Origin: an uncultured Candidatus Saccharibacteria bacterium
GTDB lineage: Bacteria; Patescibacteriota; Minisyncoccia; Phycocordibacterales; UBA9973
Assembly (NCBI GenBank): GCA_964441495.1
Contig: CAYTXV010000005.1
Coordinates: 1-59,123 of the forward strand
DNA: 59,123 nt
Direction of reading: 5' to 3'
Shown: piece after piece, positions 1-7,697 of the stretch
Layout: each line of letters starts with the position of its first letter
Numbering within the stretch: the first letter of the stretch is position 1
Translations under genes and position numbers: made by a program
Notes under the pieces: model-generated
What the model saw: the letters and a program-made list of their open reading frames with translations, nothing else
Databases searched by the model: none
What the model was told of the DNA's origin: nothing

Positions 1-1
1 C

Positions 2-58
2 GCTCACATAGGCATTTGTGGTGGAGTTAGCACCCGCCGTTGCCAGATCGGGAAATGA
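2..58 (+). CDS. 3' end of an unidentified gene (partial, runs off the window start)
   Basis: The frame is open from the window edge to TGA at 56-58, and a strong intrinsic terminator follows at 77-108. Confidence 0.25.
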   Translation, partial: AHIGICGGVSTRRCQIGK

Positions 59-72
59 CAAGGTATAACGAC

Positions 73-108
73 AAAACAGACCTCACTTCGGTGAGGTCTG
101 TTTTGTTT
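73..108. terminator. Rho-independent terminator hairpin
   Basis: Stem cagacctcac (77-86), loop ttcg, stem gtgaggtctg (91-100), then ttttgttt. An A-run lies upstream, so it could work in both directions. Confidence 0.8.
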
Positions 109-153
109 GACTGCACAAGACAACCTTGCTAGGGTACAAGAAAAACAGTACAT

Positions 154-450
154 ATGAAATCTTTTTTAGGTATTGCAGCTTTTGCATTGATAGTAGCGTT
201 GATATTTAACGTTCTTCCTTCGATACCTAAGTCGGTGCAAGCAGGTGAGTGTATTTGTTCCCATGAACTTTTTTATGTGACGTTCGAATATGTGGGAACG
301 GCTATCACAACTAGCTATCACGGTGTGTATAGTATTGAACACATAGGTCAAGATACGTATCGACTGTCTATTTGTGAGAAGTTAAATAATTGCAATACAT
401 ACACGACCATTATTACCGGCAGGTTCATTAGAAAAAATCCAGATTGGTAA
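154..450 (+). CDS. Small secreted hypothetical protein (98 aa)
   Basis: ATG-started ORF with an N-terminal signal-peptide-like segment (MKSFLGIAAFALIVALIFNVLPSIPKSVQA). A terminator follows directly. I recognise no family. Confidence 0.45.
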   Translation: MKSFLGIAAFALIVALIFNVLPSIPKSVQAGECICSHELFYVTFEYVGTAITTSYHGVYSIEHIGQDTYRLSICEKLNNCNTYTTIITGRFIRKNPDW

Positions 451-453
451 TCT

Positions 454-478
454 AAAATTCTCGAAAGAGAATTTTTTT
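454..478 (+). terminator. Rho-independent terminator
   Basis: aaaattctc / gaaa / gagaatttt followed by a T-run. Confidence 0.7.
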
Positions 479-574
479 ACTACAAAAATATTTTCAAAAA
501 ACTTTTATATATTTTTTTTTAAAAATATTTTTGAAAAATAAAAAAAGTTATCCACACTTTTTATAAAAAAATTA

Positions 575-603
575 TTGCATGTGTGATTGATGCACGCGAT
601 AAT
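575..603 (+). promoter_or_regulatory. Sigma70-like promoter (TTGCAT-17 nt-GATAAT)
   Basis: -35 TTGCAT at 575-580, a 17-nt spacer, and -10 GATAAT at 598-603, upstream of the micro-ORF at 686. Confidence 0.4.
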
Positions 604-685
604 TAAAGTACGAGTGATGATAACGCGTTCAATCACAAACTGTGGTCGATCATCACTGAAAATTAATAGAACAATACACACTCTT

Positions 686-778
686 ATGGCAGCAAAGAAA
701 AAAGCAGCAAAGAAGAAGTCAGCTAAGAAAGCTACAAAGAAAGTAGCAAAGAAGAAAGCTTCAAAAAAGAAGCGATAG
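686..778 (+). CDS. Lysine-rich 30-aa micro-protein (MAAKKKAAKKKSAKKATKKVAKKKASKKKR)
   Basis: Internal ATG of track ORF 587..778; the upstream part of that ORF looks non-coding. The unit has its own candidate promoter and a terminator at 802-836. Confidence 0.4.
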   Translation: MAAKKKAAKKKSAKKATKKVAKKKASKKKR

Positions 779-801
779 TCTTCTGACTCTTTTCCACTTA
801 A

Positions 802-836
802 CAAAATCTCCCAGCAATGGGGGATTTTGTTTCGCC
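802..836 (+). terminator. Rho-independent terminator
   Basis: An 11-bp stem, caaaatctccc / gggggattttg (one G-U pair), with loop agcaat, then tttcgcctttt. Confidence 0.7.
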
Positions 837-856
837 TTTTAAAAAGAGCTGTTTCG

Positions 857-865
857 TGGTATAGT
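857..865 (+). promoter_or_regulatory. Extended -10 box TGgTATAGT, 9 nt upstream of the secA ATG
   Basis: Read directly from the sequence. It belongs to the recurrent TGnTATACT pattern described in the findings. Confidence 0.55.
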
Positions 866-874
866 CATGGTCTT

Positions 875-3193
875 ATGGCACTTACATTTCTCCAGTCATT
901 GTTTGACCGTGGTCAACTCGGCGCGTACCAAAAAAAGGTCCAAAGTATCAACCTTCTCGAAGAGGAGCTTGCAAAACTTGCCGATAGTGATTTCCCCAAA
1001 GAAACACAGGAGCTCAAAGCTGCTCTTGCAAACGGTAAAACGCTCGAGGATATCTTGCCACGAGCATTTGCGCTCGTCAGAGAAGCAGCAAAGCGCACCA
1101 TGGGCAAGCGTCACTATGATGTACAACTCATCGGAGGGATGGTGCTCCACGAAGGCAAGATCGCAGAGATGCGTACCGGTGAAGGAAAGACACTCGTTGC
1201 GACACTCCCTGTGTATCTCAATGCGCTTACAGGAAACGGTGTGCATGTGGTGACCGTCAACGACTACCTCGCACGGCGTGATGCGACGTGGATGGGTGAG
1301 ATTTATGCATTTCTCGGACTTTCTGTCGGTATCATCAATGACCAAAACACATCTTTTATCTACGATCCGACACATACAGAGATGGACGAGGAACGAGACG
1401 AGAAAGGATCGTTCAAAGTAGTGCAGCAGTTTTTGCGCCCTGTGTCTCGCAAAGAAGCATATGCAGCAGATATCACGTATGGTACCAATAGTCAGTTTGG
1501 ATTTGATTATCTGCGTGACAACCTCGTCCAAACCAAAGACCAAATCGTCCAGCGCCCACATGCGTATGCTGTTGTGGACGAAGTAGACTCTATCTTGATC
1601 GACGAGAGTCGTACACCACTTATCATTTCGAGCCCTGTTGCTGATTCAGAAGGCTTTTATAAGACAGCTCGTGATGTTGCAGCCAAGCTTGATCCAGAGG
1701 TTGATTATACGATTGATGAGAAACAGCGTGCTATCCAGCTCACCGATGCTGGTATCACCAAGGCGGAGAAGCTCCTCGGTATCACCGATATGTATACTGA
1801 AAAAAGTATCAAGTACGTCCACTACCTCGAAACTGCGGTTCGTGCTCGAGCACTCTTTCACAAAGACAAGGACTATGTGATCCGAGACGGAGAAGTCGTT
1901 ATCGTTGACCCGTTTACTGGTCGTATGCAACCAGGCAGACGCTGGAGCGAAGGACTTCACCAGGCAGTTGAAGCAAAAGAGGGCGTCAAAATAGAACAAG
2001 AAACTCGCTCTGTTGCTTCGATCACCTATCAAAACTACTTCAAGCTCTACACCAAGCTCGCAGGTATGACTGGTACAGCCAAGACCTCAGAGGAAGAGTT
2101 TATGAAAGTGTACGGTCTTGCAGTGGTGACTGTTCCGCCACACCGACAGAGTTTGCGTATAGATCATAGCGACCTCATCTTCATGACCGAAGACGGCAAA
2201 TTCAAAGCAATCGCCCAAAAGGTCAAAGAACTGCACGAAAAGGGGCAGCCGGTACTCATCGGTACGGTTTCTGTCGAAAAAAACGAACTTCTCTCAGCGT
2301 ACCTCAAGCAGGTAGGTATCCCACACCAGGTACTCAATGCCAAAAACCACGAATCAGAAGGGCAAGTCACTGCACAAGCTGGTAAAAAAGGCTCTGTCGT
2401 GATCGCAACCAACATGGCAGGTCGTGGCGTGGACATCATCCTCGGAGGTAACCCTTCAACACAAGAGGAGCAAGACGAGGTACGTGCGCTCGGCGGCCTC
2501 TATGTGATCGGTACAGAGCGACACGAAGCGCGCCGTATCGACAATCAGCTCCGCGGTCGTGCAGGACGACAGGGTGATCCAGGTGAGACACAGTTTTACG
2601 TCTCGCTCGATGATGATCTCATGCGCATCTTTGGCTCTGAGCGTATCAAAAGCATGATGGGGCGCCTCGGCATGGCAGACGACACCCCGATCACCAACAG
2701 TATCGTCTCACGCGCCCTCGAATCAGCACAGAAGAAGATCGAAGGATTTAATTTTGACGCACGTAAATACACACTCGAGTACGACACCGTCCTCTCATAC
2801 CAGCGCTCCATCGTGTATAGTCGCCGCCGGGCTATGGTAGAGGGTGACCGTGGGCATATCATGAGTACTTTCTATGCCTTTGCTGAAGGGCTTGAGTCAC
2901 TTGCTCAAGGAAAGATAGCGCTCATAGGAGAAGATCCATTTTGGGAACATGTCCGCAAGGTGGTTCTCTATACGACCGATATGCTCTGGGTTGAGCACAT
3001 CGATACTATGGAGCACATGCGCCAATCTGTTGGACTACGTTCATATGGCCAGCGAGAACCACTCGTCGAGTACAAAAAGGAGGCAACCAGACTGTTCAAA
3101 GAGATGGAACAACGCCTCAAAGACCAAGTAATAGCAATGATTTCTGGGATCGGGGCAGGAGAACCCTCATCTGAACAGGTACCTGCTAAATAG
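875..3193 (+). CDS. secA: Preprotein translocase ATPase SecA
   Basis: SecA motor motifs are present: MRTGEGKTLVATLP, VTVNDYLARRD, DEVDSILIDESRTPLIIS, GRAGRQGDPGETQFYVSLDD. I moved the start from 827 to ATG 875 because a terminator hairpin overlaps 827 and a -10 box lies at 857-865. There is no C-terminal Zn-finger tail. Confidence 0.95.
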   Translation: MALTFLQSLFDRGQLGAYQKKVQSINLLEEELAKLADSDFPKETQELKAALANGKTLEDILPRAFALVREAAKRTMGKRHYDVQLIGGMVLHEGKIAEMRTGEGKTLVATLPVYLNALTGNGVHVVTVNDYLARRDATWMGEIYAFLGLSVGIINDQNTSFIYDPTHTEMDEERDEKGSFKVVQQFLRPVSRKEAYAADITYGTNSQFGFDYLRDNLVQTKDQIVQRPHAYAVVDEVDSILIDESRTPLIISSPVADSEGFYKTARDVAAKLDPEVDYTIDEKQRAIQLTDAGITKAEKLLGITDMYTEKSIKYVHYLETAVRARALFHKDKDYVIRDGEVVIVDPFTGRMQPGRRWSEGLHQAVEAKEGVKIEQETRSVASITYQNYFKLYTKLAGMTGTAKTSEEEFMKVYGLAVVTVPPHRQSLRIDHSDLIFMTEDGKFKAIAQKVKELHEKGQPVLIGTVSVEKNELLSAYLKQVGIPHQVLNAKNHESEGQVTAQAGKKGSVVIATNMAGRGVDIILGGNPSTQEEQDEVRALGGLYVIGTERHEARRIDNQLRGRAGRQGDPGETQFYVSLDDDLMRIFGSERIKSMMGRLGMADDTPITNSIVSRALESAQKKIEGFNFDARKYTLEYDTVLSYQRSIVYSRRRAMVEGDRGHIMSTFYAFAEGLESLAQGKIALIGEDPFWEHVRKVVLYTTDMLWVEHIDTMEHMRQSVGLRSYGQREPLVEYKKEATRLFKEMEQRLKDQVIAMISGIGAGEPSSEQVPAK

Positions 3194-3252
3194 CTTTTGT
3201 AGAAAGACAAAATAAGACAATTTTTTTGCCAAAACGTCAATCTTTGTGTTCC

Positions 3253-3287
3253 AAAATACCCTTATTTTACAAGGGTATTTTTGATTT
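3253..3287 (+). terminator. Rho-independent terminator after secA
   Basis: aaaataccctt / attttac / aagggtatttt followed by tgattt. Confidence 0.75.
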
Positions 3288-3315
3288 GACACATAGTATT
3301 TCTATGGTCTAACCA

Positions 3316-3344
3316 TTGACATTTTCTATCCAATATGCTACTAT
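3316..3344 (+). promoter_or_regulatory. Consensus-type promoter TTGACA-17 nt-TACTAT (TGc extended)
   Basis: TTGACA at 3316-3321, a 17-nt spacer ending in tgc, and TACTAT at 3339-3344. Confidence 0.5.
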
Positions 3345-3462
3345 ATTGACATGCCCAACACCTACCCTGGTGTATGGGGTTTTTTCATCTAAGGGCAATA
3401 AACGTTGTCCAAAGCATGAAAGTCCACCGTCACGAAGTTCCTCCGGAGCTAAACCGGAACAT

Positions 3463-4029
3463 ATGAAAAACACAGTAAAAACAATCATTCACTCATTTAT
3501 CATTGTTCCTTTAGTAGCAACCAACCTCTCGATGAATACCCTTACGGTATCTATCAACGAGGCGGTCTCCAAGATCACGGCTTCTGCCGAAGCTATCTCT
3601 GCGGAAGAGCTCGCGCTCCAAACCGCTCGAGAAGAGAAGGCTGCCAAGATCGATGCGTACTTTGCGCAGTATGACCTTCCGCTTGCTGGACATGGTATGG
3701 CGATGGTTATTGCTGCAGAAAAGAACGATCTTGACTGGAGACTTCTCCCTGCACTCGCAATGCGCGAAAGTACAGGAGGAAAGTTTATCTGTAAGGATAG
3801 TAACAACCCATACGGGTGGGGATCATGTAAGATCCACTTCGATAGTTTCGAAGAAGCAACCGATACTGTTGCAGCTCACTTGGGTGGCACTATGGAGCGT
3901 ACTGCTCGATACTATGCCAACAAGACTACCGAGCAGAAGCTCAAAGCATATAACTCAGTGATCCCTTCATATACCGCAGATATCTTCGGTATCATGAACA
4001 AGATCGAAAAGATGGACATCAATGGATAA
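3463..4029 (+). CDS. Membrane-anchored secreted protein, possible lytic transglycosylase/muramidase-like
   Basis: Internal ATG of ORF 3316..4029, followed by a hydrophobic anchor (MKNTVKTIIHSFIIVPLVATNL). The LPALAMRESTGGKF...NPYGWG region resembles the catalytic Glu-Ser motif of SLT-type enzymes. The assignment is tentative. Confidence 0.5.
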   Translation: MKNTVKTIIHSFIIVPLVATNLSMNTLTVSINEAVSKITASAEAISAEELALQTAREEKAAKIDAYFAQYDLPLAGHGMAMVIAAEKNDLDWRLLPALAMRESTGGKFICKDSNNPYGWGSCKIHFDSFEEATDTVAAHLGGTMERTARYYANKTTEQKLKAYNSVIPSYTADIFGIMNKIEKMDING

Positions 4030-4040
4030 CCATCACACCT

Positions 4041-4071
4041 AAAACCCCGCACAATATCTGTGCGGGGTTTT
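4041..4071. terminator. Bidirectional terminator hairpin
   Basis: A 13-bp perfect stem, aaaaccccgcaca / tgtgcggggtttt, with loop atatc. Confidence 0.8.
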
Positions 4072-4104
4072 AGTATAAAAATGAGCCCCCTTTTTAGGGG
4101 GCTC
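4072..4104 (-). terminator. Terminator of the minus-strand gene 4103..4408
   Basis: gagccccc / ttttta / gggggctc, followed by a U-run on the minus strand. Confidence 0.6.
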
Positions 4105-4408
4105 ACCGTACGTATTCAAACACAATTTTTCTAACTCCGAGGGTTATTTTTTTGTACACCCCTGGAAATAGGTAGTTTTTACTAAATCCTAGGATTGTGA
4201 TACTACCCACAGAGGTTAGTTCAGGAGAGAGTTGTGCAACATGTGCATCAGTTTCGGTTGGGCACCAGGTAACAGTACAAGGAAACAGTGTTTCTGTTGA
4301 TTCCTTGTCTGTAACATCTTTAGGTACTCCGAGACCTATCTCTGTAAATTCAAGTATGCGCACTTCTTCTTGTGTTTGAATTTCTAAAGGTGGAAATAAG
4401 ATAGCCAT
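4103..4408 (-). CDS. Hypothetical protein (101 aa)
   Basis: ATG-started ORF with its own TTGACA-17-TAAAGT promoter (4426-4454, minus) and a terminator. I recognise no family. Confidence 0.45.
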   Translation of the reverse strand: MAILFPPLEIQTQEEVRILEFTEIGLGVPKDVTDKESTETLFPCTVTWCPTETDAHVAQLSPELTSVGSITILGFSKNYLFPGVYKKITLGVRKIVFEYVR

Positions 4409-4425
4409 ATGACTATGTTTTTCAT

Positions 4426-4454
4426 ACTTTAGTAGAACAATATCTTTTTGTCAA
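4426..4454 (-). promoter_or_regulatory. Promoter TTGACA-17 nt-TAAAGT (minus strand)
   Basis: Plus-strand acttta at 4426-4431 and tgtcaa at 4449-4454, with a 17-nt spacer. Confidence 0.5.
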
Positions 4455-7400
4455 CTAAGCACCTTTGCTTTATCTATAGTGATAGAGATGCGATCGTCAC
4501 GTTTGCTTGTCCCGCATTTGAGTACCATGACAGCACCTTCTGTGATGAGCGCGCCAAACTCTTTGAATGACTCAGGGAACACGACACCTTCGGCAGCACC
4601 AGTCTTGTCTCGTAGCGTCACAAACGCCATACGAGCATTTGATTTGGTCATGATGACTTTGACGCTATTGATATGGGCGATGAGTATCTGATCGCGCTCG
4701 ACCTTTTTGCTACTAGTGAGACTTGCAATTGTTGCGGTTGCTTTTGCGAGCTGGTCGGTGAACTGATCAAGGGGGTGTCCAGAGATGTACAGTCCAAGCA
4801 GTTCCTTTTCCCACGAGAGCCTTTGTGAGAGCGGGGCGGGCTCTGTCGGGGTGAGTGTGAGTACGCTCTTGGGCGCGGCGTCGCCGAGCGCTCCAAAGAG
4901 GCTTTCACTTACAGGACCACTCGAAGAGATGCCTTTGTGGAAGGCAAGGAGGTTGTCCATGTTGGCAAGCAGTGTGGCGCGCTCGCCAAAGGCGTCGAGC
5001 GCGCCACAGAGGATGAGCGCTTCAAGTGATTTTTTGTTGAGGTTTTTGTGTTGGACGCGCTCGAGGAAATCCTCAAGTGAGCGATATGCACCATTTGCTT
5101 TGCGCTCAGCGATGATCGCTTTGCCGATATCGGTGCCAAAGTTTTTGATATTGTCGAGTCCGAAACGGATCTTGTTGGTCACGGCAGCGTCTTCGACTAC
5201 AACAGTAAAGTCAGAGAAGGATTGGTTCACGTCAGGTGGAAGCATGACAAATCCCATGCGCTTTGCTTCCTCGATGTACTGACTACAGGTTTCGATGTCG
5301 CCTGATTCTGCGGTCATACAGGCGCTCATGTACTCTGCAGGATAGTTTGCTTTGAGGTATGCAGTTTTGTACGCAACCATCCCATAACTTGCCGCGTGTG
5401 CTTTGTTGAATCCGTATGCTTGGAATGGTTCAAACAGTTTCCAGAGATGCTCTGCAAACGCTTCTGTTTGCCCATTGGCAACGATGCCTTTCATGAGCTT
5501 TTCTTTTTGTGCAGCCATTTCTGCGGGAATTTTCTTACCAACCGCTTTTCGGAACTTGTCAGCTTCGAGCCAGTCATACCCAGCAAGTTCGATTGCCGAG
5601 AAGAGAAGGTCGTCTTGATACACGATGAGCCCATAGGATGCCTGGAGGTACTTTTCCATGCGAGGGTCGAGGTATGTGACGAGCTTTGGATTATTTTTGC
5701 GCTTGATGTACTCAGGGATCACATCCATCGGTCCTGGTCGGTAGAGCGCAACCATCGCCATGAGGTCTTCAACTTTTGTAGGTTGTAGTTCCTTGAGGTA
5801 TGCAGTCATACCATCTCCAGCCATTTGAAACACGCCTACTGTTTCTCCTCGAGAGAGCATTGCAAACACCTTTTTGTCATCAAGCGGGATTTTGTCGATA
5901 TCGATCTCGATACCACGGATCTTTTTGATACGCTCGATAGCTCCAGTGATGAACTGCAGGTTGCGGATCCCGAGCATGTCAAACTTTGGCATGTTGACGA
6001 CGCCGTCACGCCCACCAGAGAACATATCGTACTGGGTGATAACCTTTTGGTCACCTTTGGGGTCGTATTGGATCGGAGTGTAGTCAGTGATGTCTGGTGT
6101 GGGGGCAATCACAACACCAGCAGCGTGGATCGAGACATGGCGGACGTTACCTTCGATTTTCTTGGCCATGTCGATGATCTCGCGTGTTGGGCGGTCAGAT
6201 TCATATGCTTCTTTGAGCTCGGGAACTATCTCGAGTGCGTGGTCGATTGTCATTGGGAACCCTTGGCTTCCCATCGGGATCATTTTGGAGATTTTGTCAC
6301 CAACTGCGTATGGGTACCCGAGTGCGCGCGCGACATCTCTGACAGATCCTCGTGCAGCCATCGTTCCAAATGTACAGATCTGTGCGACTGCGCCCATGCC
6401 ATACTTTTGACGGACGTACATGATGAGATCATCTCGACGGTCGTCGGCGATATCAAGGTCGATATCAGGGATACCAGGACGAAGCGGGTTCAAAAAGCGT
6501 TCAAATGGCAGACCATACTTGATCGGATCAACAGTAGTGATCCCCATGAGGTACGAGACAAGGGAACCTGCAGCAGATCCTCGAGTGTTGGTATAGATAC
6601 CCATCTCTCGTGCTGCGCGCACAAGGTCTGCTTCAACAAGGAAGTATGAAGAAAACCCCTTTTGCTTGATGACGTCGAGCTCAAACTCAATCCGGGCACG
6701 TACCTCATCGGTAAGTGAGTAGTTCATTGCGTCTACACCAGCAAACACCGCCTTGCGAAGTTCGTCATCATACGTAGTGTTCTCCGGGATTGGATACGTG
6801 GGGAAGCGCCATGGTGAGAGCTCAATTTCAAGGTCTACTGATTCTGCGAGCTTGAGTGTGTTTTCAACTGCTCCCGGAATGTCTTTGAACACTTCTCGTG
6901 CTTCATCTGGACTGATGAACGAGTAGTTGCCCGCTTTCATAGATATCTTGCTTTCCCCGACGATTGTCCCAGTGTTGATCGCAACCAGTGTGTCGTGCGC
7001 TTCTGCATCACTTGGATGGAGGTAGTGCGAGTCCCATGTACCAACGAGCGGAAGGTCGAGCTCTTGTGCGAGTGCAACGATAGTCGGGATGAGCGGGACA
7101 TACCAGTCAACCTCTTTGTGATTCATCACTTCGACATATACGTTTTCTTTGCCAAAGATTTCGATATAAAACTCGAGAAGCTTCCGTGCTTCGTCACGAT
7201 TGTCGTTGCGCAGGTGTGTGATGAACTTACTTCCCGGACATCCAGAGAGACAGATGATACCTTCTGCATGTTCACGCAACAGATCGTGATCCATACGGGG
7301 TTTGTAGTAGTAGCCTTCGAGGTTCGCCTTACTCACGAGTTTCATGAGGTTTTTGTAGCCAGTATTGTTTTTGGCAAGGAGCGTGAGGTGATAGCGCTTG

Positions 7401-7648
7401 CTATCGATACCAGGCTCTTTGTCAAAGCGGGTCCGTTCAGCGATGTATGCTTCAACACCAATGATCGGTTTGATCTCAGCCTTTTTGCACTCATTATAAA
7501 ATTCGATTGCTCCATGCATCGCGCCGTGATCAGTGAGCGCAAGTGCTGGCATACCAAACTCCTTGGCTCGTTTGACAAGGTCCGGTACCTTGGAGAGTCC
7601 ATCCAAGAGCGAGTAGTGAGAGTGGGTGTGCAAGTGTACGAACGACAT
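4451..7648 (-). CDS. dnaE: DNA polymerase III alpha subunit
   Basis: PHP-domain N-terminus (MSFVHLHTHSHYSLLDG) followed by a long pol IIIa core and an OB-fold C-terminus. I set the start at ATG 7648, the M91 of track ORF 4451..7918, because TGCTATACT lies 8 nt upstream. Confidence 0.95.
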   Translation of the reverse strand: MSFVHLHTHSHYSLLDGLSKVPDLVKRAKEFGMPALALTDHGAMHGAIEFYNECKKAEIKPIIGVEAYIAERTRFDKEPGIDSKRYHLTLLAKNNTGYKNLMKLVSKANLEGYYYKPRMDHDLLREHAEGIICLSGCPGSKFITHLRNDNRDEARKLLEFYIEIFGKENVYVEVMNHKEVDWYVPLIPTIVALAQELDLPLVGTWDSHYLHPSDAEAHDTLVAINTGTIVGESKISMKAGNYSFISPDEAREVFKDIPGAVENTLKLAESVDLEIELSPWRFPTYPIPENTTYDDELRKAVFAGVDAMNYSLTDEVRARIEFELDVIKQKGFSSYFLVEADLVRAAREMGIYTNTRGSAAGSLVSYLMGITTVDPIKYGLPFERFLNPLRPGIPDIDLDIADDRRDDLIMYVRQKYGMGAVAQICTFGTMAARGSVRDVARALGYPYAVGDKISKMIPMGSQGFPMTIDHALEIVPELKEAYESDRPTREIIDMAKKIEGNVRHVSIHAAGVVIAPTPDITDYTPIQYDPKGDQKVITQYDMFSGGRDGVVNMPKFDMLGIRNLQFITGAIERIKKIRGIEIDIDKIPLDDKKVFAMLSRGETVGVFQMAGDGMTAYLKELQPTKVEDLMAMVALYRPGPMDVIPEYIKRKNNPKLVTYLDPRMEKYLQASYGLIVYQDDLLFSAIELAGYDWLEADKFRKAVGKKIPAEMAAQKEKLMKGIVANGQTEAFAEHLWKLFEPFQAYGFNKAHAASYGMVAYKTAYLKANYPAEYMSACMTAESGDIETCSQYIEEAKRMGFVMLPPDVNQSFSDFTVVVEDAAVTNKIRFGLDNIKNFGTDIGKAIIAERKANGAYRSLEDFLERVQHKNLNKKSLEALILCGALDAFGERATLLANMDNLLAFHKGISSSGPVSESLFGALGDAAPKSVLTLTPTEPAPLSQRLSWEKELLGLYISGHPLDQFTDQLAKATATIASLTSSKKVERDQILIAHINSVKVIMTKSNARMAFVTLRDKTGAAEGVVFPESFKEFGALITEGAVMVLKCGTSKRDDRISITIDKAKVLS

Positions 7649-7656
7649 GTGGGGAC

Positions 7657-7665
7657 AGTATAGCA
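7657..7665 (-). promoter_or_regulatory. Extended -10 box TGCTATACT for dnaE, 8 nt from the ATG
   Basis: The plus strand reads agtatagca. Confidence 0.55.
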
Positions 7666-7680
7666 GTGTGCGCGTCCTCC

Positions 7681-7689
7681 TGTTATATT
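7681..7689 (+). promoter_or_regulatory. Extended -10 box TGtTATATT for rnhB, 8 nt from the ATG
   Basis: Read directly. It is divergent from the dnaE box, which lies 16 nt away. Confidence 0.5.
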
Positions 7690-7697
7690 GACAATAC

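Noticed and set aside
548-556. A perfect DnaA-box consensus TTATCCACA lies within a very AT-rich stretch (480-570), raising the possibility of oriC.
   Set aside because: I found only one perfect box. The neighbouring TCAATCACA-type sequences have three mismatches and are better explained as inverted repeats. There is no dnaA or dnaN nearby. A single 9-mer in AT-rich DNA is not enough evidence.
505-804. Track ORF 505-804 on the minus strand (99 aa, Phe-rich).
   Set aside because: It is the antisense translation of the poly-Lys micro-ORF and AT-rich spacer, giving poly-Phe low complexity, so it is not credible as a gene.
3345-3462. A c-di-AMP (ydaO-yuaA) riboswitch upstream of the cell-wall-hydrolase-like gene.
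   Set aside because: Only a short AGCUAAACC-like resemblance is present. The paired GGGGA/CCCGA-type conserved cores are missing, and the region is shorter than typical ydaO elements.
5825-6649. Long antisense or off-frame ORFs inside large genes: 5825-6649 and 6995-7663 in dnaE, 29993-30688 in gyrA, 44409-45266 in clpB, 896-1561 in secA, 34889-35473 and 36181-36900 across the pilin genes, and 40780-41343 and 41153-41740 in infB.
   Set aside because: They are shadow ORFs opposite, or out of frame with, genes that carry strong family motifs. Their sequences are low-complexity and Ser/Arg/Cys-rich, and they have no promoter or terminator signals of their own.
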